A stretch of DNA of 64,000 bases, taken from Octopus sinensis (taxonomy: Eukaryota). The stretch covers positions 174,220,001 through 174,284,000 of the forward strand of contig NC_042999.1 of the NCBI RefSeq assembly GCF_006345805.1, read 5' to 3'. Position 1 is the first letter of the stretch. Each line of letters opens with the position of its first letter. Below the pieces are notes generated by a model that was given only the letters and a program-made list of their open reading frames with translations, was not told the DNA's origin and did no database searches. This document shows positions 24,301 through 39,237 of the stretch, in pieces. The translations under genes were made by a program, and so were the position numbers.

Positions 24301-26023
24301 CTTCTCCGACACACTTTTAAATACTGGCACACGCTTTAATATGGGGGGGTGTTGATGCTACTACTGCTGCTACTGTTGCTGCTATCGCCGCCGCCGCTGC
24401 TGCTGCTGCTGCTTTTGTTATTGTCTTTTAAACCTCAACAGGTGCATTTGCTACATCCTCCTTTGTGATTACCACCTGCTCTTCTCACAGCTCAGAGATC
24501 GCCTTACTGAAAACGAAGCAAAAAGAGGTATTTTTTTCAAATATATATCCACACAGTAAAAATGTCAAGAGAAGAGTCTTATTTTCTATCCCAGAGAAAA
24601 GAATAAATATAACTTCAGAAATAACCCTGGAAGAAATATTTTCTAAGCGATGATCTGCGAAGCGACCGTCCGCAGTGAGCAGTATCAATAATAATGATTC
24701 TCTACATGGACATAGACAGAAATTTAGTGAGACGATACAGTCAATGACATCTAATCTAGCATCATCTGGCGTTTATTTTATCGTCGTTGGGAAGATGAAA
24801 GGCAAAGATGACTTTAGTGTAAGCCACTTTGTCCAACTCTTCTGACAATCTGAAAATATATGAAATTTCTTCAAAACAGATAGTGAAATCTCAAAACCTT
24901 GCAACTAATAATCGCTCACATGATTTGCTGTATTAAAATCAAGAATCATTCTGCGGAAATCCACTTTCATAAAAGCTATCAATTTCTGTTGTTGATAATA
25001 GCAACAAGTCAATAAAATAAAATGTTTGAGATTTCTCTTATTTCGAAAAAAGATTTTATACAATATTTGAGAATTTATTAATTTATGGCAGCCAATAACG
25101 ATTTTCAGTTTTTATCGCACATTTTTATTACCAATCCCAAATAACTGAATGAACTGTCCAAACAAATATACGTTTTAAATATGAACATGCATATGTAAAT
25201 AAGAGCGTATGCATGCGTATAAATTATACATGTGTGTGTGTATGTGCAATTGTGTATGTGTATTTTTATGTACGTATATATATATATATACATACATATC
25301 TTGATATATATTGATATACATACTTACATACAATTATACTTATACACAATGCGTCTGTGTGTGCTCATGTGCGTTTGTCTATATAACACACATACACATT
25401 CATACACGCACATATACATGCATACATCCTTCATAGATACTCACACGCAAATTTATGTGTGTGTGTATAAAACACACATATATACGTGTGTATATTGTAC
25501 ATGATGCAAACATTATCTTATAAAGAACTCAATACGTAAAGTTGAGCAGAGCAGAGGAGAGATATGTTTAACAAACCAAATTAATAACACTTTTCCAGAT
25601 TCGCCCGATAGCTGTAAGTTCACGACACTTGTTGAAATAGAAAGACTTGTAGCGTTTGTAACGTTAGGAAGGCACTCGCAGTTTTGTGAGAGGTGGGATT
25701 GTTAATTGTATTTCAAAAATTGCAATGTAGGGAGGAAAAAAGAATCGCAACAATATACTTTGGTCCGGGTCTTGGGAAGTATACGAAAGGTAAATTGATC
25801 CATGTTTGTACAGGTGTGCGTACGAACTAATATTTGTGTGAGCAAGCACATGTAGTCTCACATAGACGCACACACATGTGCGCGCGCGCACACACACATA
25901 TACTTGGCAAATGCATCCACCCCGCAAATTCACAGAACACTTACACGGCCATGCTTATATACATATACCATTTATTCTGGTTCTTGGAACGAGTGTTTAT
26001 TGTGATTGTTATTAACTAATATA

Positions 26024-26232
26024 ATGAATTCAAATTTGGGGGCAAACCCAGCAATTTTCGGGAAAATGAGATACTCGATTACATCGACCCCAATGCTCGA
26101 CTGGCGCTTATTTTATCGACCCCAAAGGGATAAAGGGCAAAGTTAACATCGGTGGAATTCGAACTCAGAACATCAAGAAATACTGCTGAGCATTTTACCC
26201 GGCGTGCTAACGGTTCTACCAGCTTGCCGCCT
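26024..26232 (-). mobile_element. SINE family A, tail type 2-like
   Basis: Head and body match family A. Confidence 0.85.
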
Positions 26233-26430
26233 TCTTATCTACACTAACAAAAGTTAATTTATGAAGGTCAGTATAAAATATAAACAAGTAAGATTATGTA
26301 TAACTAAATACACTCACAGACGTGTACATATGTACACATACGTACATTCATGTATGCAAACACATGCATATATATATATGCATATATATATATACACACA
26401 TATATATATATATGTATGTATGTATATATG

Positions 26431-26469
<39 letters not shown>

Positions 26470-26738
26470 ATGTATGCATATATATCTATGTATATATATA
26501 TATATATCGTTAATCAAATATATTCAATGAGAATACAATATACTGACTTTCTAATAAGTGCTCTTAGTAGGGAAATGGCTAAAACATTAAAGTTTTAGAC
26601 ATTTAATAAGAGCGATTATATATTATATAAAATAAGAGCAGGAAAATTACATCAAAAAATCATCACAGGGGATATACGTCCAAAATAATATTGTATTAAT
26701 AGATAGATGTATAAATATATAAAGTATAAATATATAAA

Positions 26739-26966
26739 GGGCGAGCTGGCTGAAGCGTTAGCACTCCGGGCGAAATGCGTAGCCGTATTTCGTCTGCCGT
26801 TACGTTCTGAGTTAAAATTCCGCCGAGGTCGACTTTGCCTTTCATCCTTTCGGGGTCGATGAATTAAGTACCAGTTACGCCCTGGGTCGATGTAATCGAC
26901 ATAATCCGTTTGTCTGTCCTTGTTTGTCCCCTCTGTGTTTAGCCCCTTGTGGGCAGTAGTGAAATA
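26739..26966 (+). mobile_element. SINE family A, tail type 1
   Basis: GGCGAGCTGGCTGAAGCGTTAGC...GCCTTTCATCCTTTCGGGGTCGAT...CCTCTGTGTTTAGCCCCTTGTGGG. Confidence 0.92.
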
Positions 26967-27499
26967 TATATAAAGTATGATTATTTAAAAAAAATTTAAA
27001 GTCTAAAATATCTTATGATTGTTTCAGGAATGTATTACCCTTCGAAATGGAATCTAAAATTGATAATCATTGTTAGGTAATACATCCACTCTTCAGAGAG
27101 AAAGAGGGTGAGTTTCCGTGTAGTCAATTGAATGCTATTTAAAAATATATGAAAAAGTTACTGGCATAGATATGCGTTGGTACAATCTTGTGCTAAAAAT
27201 GTTGAAGAAATAATATGCATCCGTGGTAAAATCCTCTGCGGTAATCCATAATGTCTGTGTGTAAATATAAATCCCATAATTCTATTCTCTTCAATGTGTG
27301 ATCCATTAATTCTTTATTGCCCACCAGGAGCAAACACAGATGGGGACAGCACAATCTGATTTGGAGTTAGATACACGGTATGATTTCAAAAAAGGAATGC
27401 ATTTAAAATTTTAACGTGAAATTATATAATCGAATGGAATACAAACAAATGACAAAACAAATGGAATGGCATTTTATTTCAGCTCCGACCCCACGAGCC

Positions 27500-28615
27500 C
27501 CAATCCACCATTGATACTTTATTAGACAATTTATGACGTATTCACACGGTTACATCCAGTCGCAACACTCGTGCTACATACTTTCATCTTTCGTCAAACA
27601 TTTTCTCCGACAGACACCTCTTCTCCAGCCCCATATTTCTTTTCAAATGAAAAAGCGAAATACGTTTGTAAGACGAAGCCAGAGATGAAACTGCCTACCT
27701 TTGCTCCTTTCATCCCTGTCTTCCATACCACCTCTTTCGCTATTGCTACTACGGTGAGAAAACAATTCTTACCTTCATTTGACAAAAATTTAGGTGGGCT
27801 AATTTTTATAATTGACACAGTCGAGAGCTGTACTCTTCCTTGCACCAGACAACAGATGTTCCGCATAAGCCCACCGAACAATAGCGTGCGGGACGGTTTC
27901 CCTATACCTCCCACATCTTGGAGAGGTCGGTGAGTCGCACTGACTATGTCTTGCAAGCTTATTCCGAACGGATAGGGCACCTCTGTAACATTGCCAGGTC
28001 AAGGAGTTTTGGAAGTTATCCAGCATCCTCAACTCAAACATACGAAAGAACAGGCTGTCAAGTTGAATATACAGGGTCTACCCCAGGACATCGTCACATT
28101 CAGCCTCTACCAACTTTCTATAGAAAATGCTGTAGAACCCCCCCCCCTCGGCATTACCCGAACGAAGGAACAGCAAAAGGGCCTTACGACACTCCGTATG
28201 ACACTCACTCAACCTTGATCTACGAAAGCACCAGTCTTCTCGTCCACACAAACTAGCAAACGAGGGAAACATCCGTTTTGCCATCAGAGACAACAAACAG
28301 CGTCTTACAAGTGACTTCGAGCCCCTGCACAAAAAGTGAAAGAGCTGTCTTTCCAACTTGGTCAACCACAGATCCGGGCAAGGAACGACGGTTAGGCGAT
28401 AGGTAATGACCGATGCGATAAGCACATTGGCCTCTCCACCCTCCCTTTCAGGGATAGCCACCGCCAAGACCAGGTCTTGACTAAGCAGGCCACCCTGCTC
28501 GATACCTCAGCCCAATTCTTCTCTACTTGGAGATATGGACCAAACTAGACCCCTAGCAACTTAACCGGTCCCTCCGTCTAAAGGCATCGACTTGCCCCTC
28601 CAGGTACAAAAGTGG
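27500..28615 (-). mobile_element. Tx1/L1-clade LINE ORF2 3' fragment (frameshifted)
   Basis: WLSLKGRV.ANVLIASVITYRLTVVPCP..KLERQLFHFL; LTWQCYRGALSVRNKL..CGRYRETVPHAI; AKEVVWKT..; candidate AATAAAG at about 27520. Confidence 0.85.
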
Positions 28616-28619
28616 TCAG

Positions 28620-28960
28620 ATTTGTACAGCGTAAGTTTTTTTTGTTTTGTTTTTTTTAATAGGTTTCTCTTTAACAGATTTCTACAAGATTTTGCTCTGT
28701 AACGATACAAGCCAACGTGGTTATATTATTGCTGGCACTACAAATGTATTTATGGAATATTCTTGTCACTGAGATAAGTTTTAATGACATAATTATATAT
28801 CAATTTTCCATTCTCATTGAGACACCTATAACACACACAATTTTACTATCACCAATTTCCAAATATTTGCAAAAGGAAGTATGCATTTTAGAGCCCTTGT
28901 ATTATCTCCGTCCCTAGACTTCGGAATTATCTGCTTCACTGGTCTAACTGCCTGGTAGAA
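28620..28960 (-). mobile_element. Possible Helitron helicase remnant
   Basis: QAVRPV and KYLEIGDSK resemble the Pif1-type RQxLPV and LLxIGDG motifs; weak. Confidence 0.3.
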
Positions 28961-29534
28961 TTGTCGGTTTCTTCAATTTAACTATGGCATCTATTATAAT
29001 TATCATCATAATCAACAACAGCAGCAGCAGCATCAATCATCATCTCTATATCGCATTTAAATGTTCTGTTTATATCTTTACAAAAGATAAAACGAGAGTT
29101 TGAAGAAAATTTGATATTACTGATATTATATAAACAGAAATTAAAAAGTGAAACAAGAATATACAAAAATATATACAAATATGCAAAAAAAATAGTTAAA
29201 TTATAAGTTGTCAGATTTTGTAACAAGATGCAATAACTCTGGTCAGAATGTCTAACTATAAAAAACAACTTTTTTAACTTGTAAGCATTTGATCTCCTCG
29301 GAGATTTTATTAACAATGCTGCTATAAAGTATATTATTTCTAATCGAGATCGTTTCTCGAAGAGGTTAATAAGCAGTGTCGCAGTGGACTGTTTGAATAT
29401 ATCTATTCATGTACCATGTAATAAATTACTTACAGTATGGAGATGAGATCAAATGAGAGGTTACAGTTGTATTCATTCAGAGTATACGGGCGTAAATGCA
29501 AAAAAGAAAAACATACGCAGATATGTATATATAT

Positions 29535-29572
<38 letters not shown>

Positions 29573-30154
29573 AACACATATATCAACCACACATTTTAAG
29601 AGCATGTTTTAAATTACTAAAACTGGATCTTTGCATTCCCTAAATGTAAGAGTAGACTGTAAATTGCAAACCATTCCATATTTCTCACTTTTATAATGTT
29701 GTTAATATATAAAGTTTAGTATTCACAAGATCGTAGTTATCATTGCAATATGTTTACGTGTGTTATTCGTGATATATATAAAATATAAATAAATAATATT
29801 TACCATTCGCTACAATACACAGTTCACAAGTACATATACGCACAAGTATATAAGTGTGTTTTGTGTGAGGGCGCACGCTTGTGTGTGCATGTTTATATAC
29901 ACACATATATGTATGCATGCATGTATTTATGTATGCATATTTGTATATGTATGCATGTATTTTCTTTGAGATTTATTTGTTTTCCCTCCGCAAGATTAAA
30001 GCAAATGACTAACAAAGTTTGGGTCAAAACAGTCCTTGCAATGCGAATGTGTTACTTTATGCATATATGTAGATGTAAAGGTAGATGAACTTGCAGGCAT
30101 GTGACGCATGTTCGACATTCATTATTGTTTATTAATGTGTTTATATCATACCAC

Positions 30155-30780
30155 AGTATCACAATATCGACCAGACCAGATGCTATTGTACACAGCTAGT
30201 CACAATGCATTTTCAATTTTGTCTTGATTGCGCCATTTTTTTTTCCTTCTTGACCCAAATTGCTTAACTAATCCGTCTTCCAAGTCGCCTTCCAAGCGGC
30301 CTTTTCCGATCTCTTGAATACCAGTCGGCAACTGCGCATGTCCACCTGTTGTCTGTGAACTTTGCGACACATTGAGTCCAGTGGAACTTGTGCTTTCGGT
30401 TTTCTGCGATCACGCCGCTCCGTTCTCAAATCATCTCAATTCGAATATGCTCGTGTAAAAATATTCCAAGCATAAACCTTTTTATGTCCCATCGCATCGC
30501 AGCAAATCCCCTTTGTAATATCTCACGTCTCACTTGCATATAAGAACGTAGATAGGACGGTGCAATTGAAGAGTCTAACAAGTATGATATTGTCTATCTT
30601 TGCTTTGAGCACATTTTTTTTCTTTGATGTAATTATCTTTCATCCTGTCTTATTCGCTTTGAAATCCCAGCATCAATATCTCGGCACACATTCACTGTGT
30701 ACCCCAGGTAGACGTACTCCTTTACCTAGAGTACTCATCGCTGAAACTGCACACCAGCTGCAGTGGACACGCATAGCTTA
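30155..30780 (-). mobile_element. RTE LINE 3' remnant
   Basis: VKEYVYLG..GISKRIR..RLFNCT; VAKFTDNRWTCAVADWYSRDRKRPLGR. Confidence 0.75.
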
Positions 30781-30983
30781 GCGGTAAGTCTTCAAATAAA
30801 AACAAAATATTAGCACAAAACTTAGCACAAGGCCGAATAGAGTTTGGAGAGATAAAATTGATGAAGTAAAGGAGTACGTTTACTTATACCATATACATAA
30901 TACAATTGTGTACGTGTGTTCATTCCAAAAAGAACTCTGATGGAGGATCCCTGGAATAATTTGTTAATTTTTACTGTACATAA

Positions 30984-31147
30984 ACGCAGGAGTGGCTGTG
31001 TGGTAAGTAACTTGCTTACGAACCACATGGTTCCGGGTTCAGTCCCACTGCGTGGCACCTTGGGCAAGTGTCTTCTACTATAGCCCCGGGCCGACCATAG
31101 GCCTGGGAGTGGATTTGGTAGACGGAAACTGAAAGAAGCCCGTCGTA

Positions 31148-31185
<38 letters not shown>

Positions 31186-31390
31186 CGTTTGTGCGTCTGT
31201 GTTTGTCCCCCGCAACATCGCTTGACAACCGATGCTGGTGTGTTTACGTCCCCGTAACTTAGCGGTTCCGCAAAAGAGTCCGATAGAATAAGTACTAGGC
31301 TAGGGGTCGATTTCCTCGACTAAAAGCGGGCTCCAGCATGGCCGCAGTCAAATGACTGAAACAAGTAAAAGAGTAAAGAGTAAAGAGAAT
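30984..31390 (+). mobile_element. SINE family B, full length
   Basis: Head CGCAGGAGTGGCTGTGTGG; tail CCAGCATGGCCGCAGTCAAATGACTGAAACAAGTAAAAGAGTAAAGAG. Confidence 0.93.
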
Positions 31391-31889
31391 ACCATTAATC
31401 AGTTGCAATTGGCAGATATTAATCACTTTTCCTTGTTCTTTCTTGAAGACACCTAGCATCGTCATGCTTTTATATGAATTTGTTGTTGCACAACCCGGTG
31501 CACCTATAATAAATAGGTACAAAAGAAGATCTATAGACTAGTTATTATAATAGCAGAAACCATACATGTTCTTTCTCAATTTTAGGTAAAACAGTTTGTA
31601 GAGATCAATTGAGCAGCTGACCTCTAAAACTGCGCATGATTTTTGTCCGCTATTCCATAGAACTATATCAGACTTTGTACGTTTACATTGGGTTGCTACT
31701 TTTATTGGAATGTTCCAGCAGTATTCCTTAATTTTATGGGTGTCGATACAGTCTAGTTATTTATTAGAGCTGACACTTTACACTTCATAATTCAAATCTT
31801 CAGGTCTAGATTTAAAAGCAAAATATGAAGACACTTTTTTATTTTGCCTAAGTACGTGAAGCGTACGTGTGAAGTGTGGGTTTCAGTAA

Positions 31890-32388
31890 CTAATATGTAT
31901 GTGTGTGTGTGTGTGTGTGTGTGTGAGAAAGAGAGAGAAAATGTGTATGTGTGTGTGTGCGTGTGTGTACACGTTTATGTATTTGTTTTGCTGCTGCTTG
32001 GAAGCTGACTATTTGGTACGGCTGACTGGACACTGAACTCGCTTTAGTGAAAGTACTTTTTGGCACTAGAGACAAATAGGCGTGCGCTGAAATATATACG
32101 TAAAGATAAAGAGAGAGATGGAGAGAGAGAAAGAGAAAAAAAAGGGAGATATTATAAATTGATTGAACATAATTGGCATAAACACTTTCTCTCTCCTTAT
32201 ACACGCAAATAGAAATACGTTCACACACATGGACAGAGAAAGACAGGAGAGAGAAGAGACCGAGTGAATCATTAAAACGGGTGATGTCAAATAAGACAGC
32301 GTTTAATCAACGATGCTAAATAGGCGAAACCAAAACGGCAAGTGTCAGAACGTCCCATACCCGTTATTCACTGTATCTACACTAAACG

Positions 32389-32472
<84 letters not shown>

Positions 32473-32958
32473 TCAAGATGTTAATCAGAAATATAAGTAA
32501 CTCTTCTTCCAGCTTTATATGAAGTAACGAAAATCTGGATTCAGATTTTTATACTTATGTATATACCTATGTGTGGATGATGCGTCCATATATATGTGTG
32601 TGTGTTTGTGTGTCTTGTGTATGTGTGTGCGTGTGTGTATGTGTGTGTGTGTAGGTATATGGAAAGAGAGCACGAGAAAGAGGAGAACCTTGATGCAAGA
32701 AACAAAATATAATAGTTTGATAAATGATGATATATATTAGCAAAAAGGTAAGAACTAATACATGTAAGTATTTACACATGTTTATGTATACACAAATTCA
32801 TACGTATATATATATATACATACATACATACATACATACATACATACATACATACATACATACACATATATACATATGTGCATCAGCATGGCCGCAGCTC
32901 TGAGCTGATACTTTAAAAAATATATATATACATATGTATAGATAGATAGATAGGTAGG

Positions 32959-33008
<50 letters not shown>

Positions 33009-33088
33009 TGTATGTATTTATAGATATATATATTTGTAAATACATATGCATATATAAATGTATGTATATATTGGTGTACATGCATACA

Positions 33089-33156
<68 letters not shown>

Positions 33157-33244
33157 ATCATATCATATAAAAATATATGTAAATAACGTATATATAACAT
33201 ATAAAATTTATATATATGTATTATACATACACACACACTCATAC

Positions 33245-33276
<32 letters not shown>

Positions 33277-33740
33277 TATAACATAGCACATACGCGGACA
33301 CAGGGGAAGCGAAGTGTGAGAAAAGGTGAGAGAACGTCAGACGAAAAAACTATTTTTAATAAACTGTGGGATAGAAGATAAATTATCTGTAAAAATGATA
33401 AAAAAACTGCGAAAGGAAACAAAAGATGTCTAGCAAATAAATAGCAGAGGTAGTGAAATATTAGTGAAAAGAAAAAAATATAGAAAATGAAATGTTTTCT
33501 TTTGTACAAATAGTAAATCAATTCCAACAAGAAGAAGAAAAAAAAGTTCAGCAAATAACTCCTGGGTATGCAACTTGAAGAGTAGTTTATAAAAATTCGT
33601 TAAACATCGCTCTGAAAGTACAGATAATGGAACAAGTTAATTTCATGGATATAAAAACATGGAGAGTAAAAAAAACGGAAGTTACAATAATAGCCTATCC
33701 GAAACAATAATAATTATTATTATTACTATTATTATTGTTA

Positions 33741-33780
<40 letters not shown>

Positions 33781-34257
33781 CATTATTATTGTTGTTGTTG
33801 TTGTTGTTGTTATTATTATTGCCTTTTGTTTTTCTTTTTTGTTGCGTTTATTCATTTACAGAAGATTGAACACAGCCAGAAATTTTGAAAAACTTGTCTA
33901 GGTGTTACAAAGACATATCGTTTCTCTTTTGCATATCTTCTGTTCCGTCATTCTTTCTCTTTCCTTCGTTTTATATTTTTTATCTAATCAGCTAACTCAC
34001 ACACACCACACAATTTTTCTCTCTCTGTCTCTATCTCTGTCTCTCTCTCCCTCTCTCTCCCTCTCTCTCCCTCTCTCTCCCCCCTTTCCCTCTCTTTCTC
34101 CCTCTTTCCTCTTCACCTTCTGTAACCTTCCCTATCTCATTTTCTTTCCTCCTATATCTATTTCTGTTTTTCTCCCACTGCCTAAATATATAACTAACTC
34201 AAAATTTCACAGATACATGTGCCATATGCGCGCACAAACTCTTATATGCACAAGTAT

Positions 34258-34300
<43 letters not shown>

Positions 34301-35354
34301 CACATACACACGCGCATGCACACATACACATACTCACACGCTTATGTATTTCACTCACTCATAAAATTGTGTACGTCTACGATTTGTATTCTCATTTTGT
34401 CCCTTTGAATAAAATGTTCCTCTATAAGGCGCTTACCGACCCTTCCTTCAATCCCCCCACTTTTCATGTATGTGTGGTGTTTCTGTGTTTGCATGGTGTG
34501 TGTGTGTGTGTCTGTTTGTGTCTTTTAGATTTATGTGTCTGTATTTCCATCGATTTTTCTTAGAGATATTTCCTCCCACACTTTTTTCATTCATACTCAT
34601 CTTTTTCTCTCCTCTCTTTCCTCGTCTAATTATCTATCCCTCTAACCATCGCACACACTCACATTTACACACACATACACACATACACACACACATATAT
34701 ATATGGATGTATGTATATATATATGTTTGTGTGTGTGAGTGTATGTGTGTATATTATATTATCTTATTTTATATAATATTATATTATGTTATATATAGAT
34801 ATATATATATATTTATATATATATATATATAGAGAGAGAGGTGAGGGAAAGAGAAAGTTACACATATATTCGTAAACACACACACACACGGTGTGTGTGT
34901 GTGTGTGTGTATCACTCTCACTGGCAATATTATCTGTAGAGTGCCAAAAAAAAACGCTCCAACCACATTGTGTTATTCACATCATTCACATCAACTTTTG
35001 GAAATGAAACGAATCATATTGTTTCTTACACATTTTTCCACATTTTTTATTTGCTGAAAGTTATTTAGCCATGCTGACTAAACATAACTTTTTTGTGTTC
35101 ATTTCCAAACAATCTGCTACAGCCAAAACAAACTTTGAAAGCCCAGGACTCAAAATATAAGGTAGTGACAGCTGGCGAAGACAGCAAGAGGACTGAGGTG
35201 GATATTTCGTATCTCGTCACCGATATGTGAATTACTCCTACCTAGATTCTCCCTATCACCAAGATACTTAACATTTCCCTCTAGTCTCTCTCTCCCTCTC
35301 TCTCTCTCTCTCCCTCTCTCTCTCCCTCTCTCTCTTTCCTCCATTCCCATAAAT

Positions 35355-35442
<88 letters not shown>

Positions 35443-35550
35443 TGCCATATATAAATAATATTCATATATATACATCATTTATAAATATATATGCATACAT
35501 ATATTGCCATATATAAATATATTCATGCATGTGTGTGTGTGTACCAGGTC
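31890..35550. repeat. Dense cluster of (TG), (CT), (TA), (TACA), (GATA), (ATT) and (GTT) microsatellites
   Basis: Direct; accounts for most ORFs in this span. Confidence 0.9.
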
Positions 35551-35559
35551 CAACGCCTG

Positions 35560-36430
35560 ACTTTCTTGTGCGACTTGATGGAACTGTTTGTACTGATAGC
35601 AGTAGATGAAGAGGAATGCCGGTGCCTTAAAATCAGTGCATCGTGTAGATGGAACTCGTCAGCCTGAGAAAAAATGTTAATCTAACGGAAGGACAAACTT
35701 TACGTTCAAACTTTTGCTGCCTTGCGGCAATACACACCCATGAGTTACGCGGCGAGAGTAAACTCCGAGGAAAAATTAGGAGCTAAAATACCTAAGGTAG
35801 TCCAACATTGTTTTCAATATCATTTTGGCAACTTCTGCGACGACACTGATGCCAATCCATGCAGGTCCTTTGGAAACACCTTAGGAAAACTTTTCTGCGT
35901 GTGAAACTGCTCCTCTCACATACTAACTCTGCCCAGGCCTACTCCCTGGAGAACTTACTCCAGCATCACCTTCACCACGATCGTACAACAGGGAAAGCAG
36001 CAGTTCACCCTTATAAGACTACAGCAGAAGAGGCGTTATATGGAACCATCGGCAAACAGCGTATTGATGTCACTATGACATCATACCTAGATGAAGTAGG
36101 ATAGTGCATCCGGATAGTGGACGATCCACCGGACTTACAAATCACAGATAAGATGGAAATCTCTCAGGGACATCATCCATATTACTGCACTGAAGGCCTT
36201 TGATCAGAAATAGTGCAAGGCCCAGAATTGGTTTAAAGGAAGTGTAGACCAGCTCACTGCTGTCATCGATGCCAAGTATGCTGCACTATAGGAAACATAA
36301 ACGATACCCCTCACAGGCCTTGTAAGCTTTATGAACGGGAAGATGCATGGCCCAGAAAACAGCCAGATGGTGTGCGAATGACTGTTCACTACAGCTACAT
36401 TTGACATTGCTGACATCTGTAGGGGGCATA
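35560..36430 (+). mobile_element. Decayed RTE LINE (endonuclease C-terminus and linker)
   Basis: ..RVKLL.., QNWFKGSVDQLTAVIDAKYAAL, AQKTARWCAND match the RTE linker pattern (DWF..KR.A..AR.CAN). Confidence 0.7.
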
Positions 36431-36550
36431 AAGGAATAAAGAGGGCCAAATGCTCTGAAATGTGGTTTTGGTCGTTTTGACTGCTTCTTCTAGCGTGTAA
36501 AAATTACCTGTGAAAGGTAGTTTTCTCTTGTGTTTAAATGTACACTATCT

Positions 36551-36647
<97 letters not shown>

Positions 36648-36687
36648 ATGTATTTATGTACGTATGTATGTATGTATGTATGTATAT

Positions 36688-36832
36688 ATGCGAGTGGGGA
36701 CTGAAAAGTTCCTGGTTTAGGGTAAAAGAAAATAGAGGAAGATCAGTTAATTACGATTTTATTCAAGATATTCTCCCTTTCAGATTCACACACTTATTGC
36801 AGGTCTTTCAGTTTTTTTAAGCCCTGTAAAAT
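36688..36832. mobile_element. Mariner terminal fragment
   Basis: TGCGAGTGGGGACTGAAAAGTTCCTGG resembles mariner TIRs of the TACGAGGG..GAAAAGTT type. Confidence 0.5.
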
Positions 36833-37699
36833 AATATACTGACTATCTTCGATGAAAATCTCATTGTGTTTGCACCATTGGTTTTCATTGGGGAATTGTA
36901 TGTAATAACTTATTTAGAGTTATCTGTAGCTCTTTAAACCCAGCACGATCAGGCATCATACGAATAATACCAGAATGCGTGTGAATGTGGACAGTTGGGT
37001 GGTGTAGCAGAATGATTAAGAAGTTGTCATTAAGACACAAGCATTCTGAGCAAGTGTTTTTAAATATGTTGCTATACGACCTAAGCTTTTGAGAATGAAA
37101 TTAGGTCAGTTTGGTTGTTATTGTTGTTGTTCTTTCTTAGTACCAGGAAGACACTGGCCGAGCAGAACTATGCACTATATCATTGCATTGAGATTTCTAA
37201 GAGTGTCTAGAACATTGTTTCATGTTTCCTAATCTCATTTGAGAATGCAGGATACGTTTTGAGGGAAATTTTGTTGTTATTTCTAGCAAATCAGGAGACC
37301 CTCTTGAAGCGTTTTTTTTTTTTTTACAGCAAAATTTATTTCGCTCGTACATCAACTCGTACATTTCCACACCAGAAAAGAACGTTATTTACAGATTTCG
37401 AGGCCTGAAAATTTCTTGAGTATCAGATGAACTGTAGTCTAAATTCATAGGAATTGGTTTTGTAACACTGATTCTGCCTAAGGATTACGTTAAGGGTATA
37501 AGTGTTTTTGGATTACTCGTCCACTTACATTCTAAAACAATGGGTTGATACTTTAGTTCAACGAGCAATTCGAACACTTATCATCGAAATTGACGACTGA
37601 TAAATCAGTCATGTGCACAATCAATAAAATTGTATCATTTTGAGTTTGAAAGAAAAATCTAAATACAATAAATATTATACCTTTTATCTTTTATTTGTT

Positions 37700-37836
37700 T
37701 TAGTCATTATACTACGGCCATGCTGGGGTACTGCCTTGAAGAATCGACCCCAGCACTTATCTGTCAGTCTCTTTGGCCAAACAGCTAAGTTATGGGGATG
37801 TAAACACACCCAAACGAGTCATTAAGTTATGGCTGG

Positions 37837-37850
<14 letters not shown>
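37700..37850 (-). mobile_element. SINE family B, degraded 3' half
   Basis: TAGTCATTATACTACGGCCATGCTGGGG...GAATCGACCCCAG. Confidence 0.7.
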
Positions 37851-37881
<31 letters not shown>

Positions 37882-37885
<4 letters not shown>

Positions 37886-38490
37886 GAATTTACAAAAAAA
37901 TCAAGCAGATGTATTAGTTTAACGCTCGGGAAGTGAGAAATTCTTTTACGTTTCGAGCCTACTCACTTCGACAGAAAGGAACACGGAAATAAACAGCCAG
38001 AGAAAATAGAAGGGGTTTTGTGGCTAGCGATCTATCATGGCGAATGCCGGACAGAGGGGTCACACAGGGAGAGGGTGGAAAGGAAAAGGTGGGTAGGAGT
38101 GAAGAAAGGAAGTAGGTGTCAGAGCAAGAGAGGAGAGATGAATGGAAGGAAGTAGGTGTGAGAGGAAAAGAGGAGAGACGAGGAGGGTTAGATGAAGAGG
38201 GAAGAAATTTGAGCCCAAGTGGGGGAAAAGAGCGAAGAGCGAAGATTAATCCTTGCTCACAGCAAAGACGGGAGTCCGGATGGTCCCTGTGCTAGGACAG
38301 TCCGAACACAGACAGGTGTTGTAAAGAGTGACCGGTAGAGTGGAAATGGCATGAGATCAGGGCATCGTTGCCGAGTTTGATGTCTCGGAGGTGTTCCACC
38401 AACCAGTCAGCCAAGGCAAGCGGCGTCCCCTTTGACCGATGTATAGAGAAGGACAGAGAGAGCAAGAGATGCAGCAGATGATGTTGCTAG
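37882..38490 (-). mobile_element. Penelope-like element 3' fragment (GIY-YIG + terminus), second family
   Basis: SNIICCISCSLCPSLYIGQRGRRL..EHLRDIK..HFHSTGHSLQHLSVFGL..EQGLIFAL, with GIY and YIG at the normal short spacing. Confidence 0.88.
37943..37978 (-). ncRNA. Minimal type-I hammerhead motif (core CUGUCGA)
   Basis: CUUU-CUGUCGA-AGUGAGUAGGCUC-GAA-ACGU-A-AAAG; stem I CUUU/AAAG, palindromic ACGU stem III. Confidence 0.65.
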
Positions 38491-38648
38491 AAGTACAAAC
38501 GGGCTTCTTTCAGTTTCTGTCTACCCAATCCACACACAAGGTCTGTCCGAGGCCACAGTAGAAGACACTTACCCAAAGTGCTATTCTGTGGGACTGAACC
38601 TAGAACCATGTGTTCAGTAAGCAAGCTTCTTACCACACAGCCACACCT
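38490..38648 (-). mobile_element. SINE family B, 5' half
   Basis: ACGGGCTTCTTTCAGTTTC...CTTACCACACAGCCAC. Confidence 0.8.
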
Positions 38649-38775
38649 TAGATTTTTTTCTAAATCATTTTAATAGTTCGCTATAAGTGGCTTGATCTTT
38701 TGAACTTACAATTCACACGAAAACGTATGCAATATTTAGTTTCTTTTATATATATATATATAATATATATATATA

Positions 38776-38822
<47 letters not shown>

Positions 38823-39152
38823 CACGCCTTCAAAGTCGAAGAAAAGATTATTTAACATATTTAGATATTTTCAGAAAAACTTTGTCAGAATATATTTTTA
38901 AATTATTCTCTCGAGTTTGATTTATATGAATGTCATTTTCGTTCCTTCACTGTATTATGAAATTAAATAAGACCTCTGGAGATATCTTTCAGTTTTCATT
39001 ATAAGATTATATATAAAAATATTAAAAACATTCAAATAATTGCAGAGTCGGCATACTCGCATTAACTAAGATATTCCTAGATGCTTTTCAATATTAAGTT
39101 GCTGTTATATATGTGTGTGTGTGTATGTGCGTACATATATTTATTATATATA

Positions 39153-39237
<85 letters not shown>

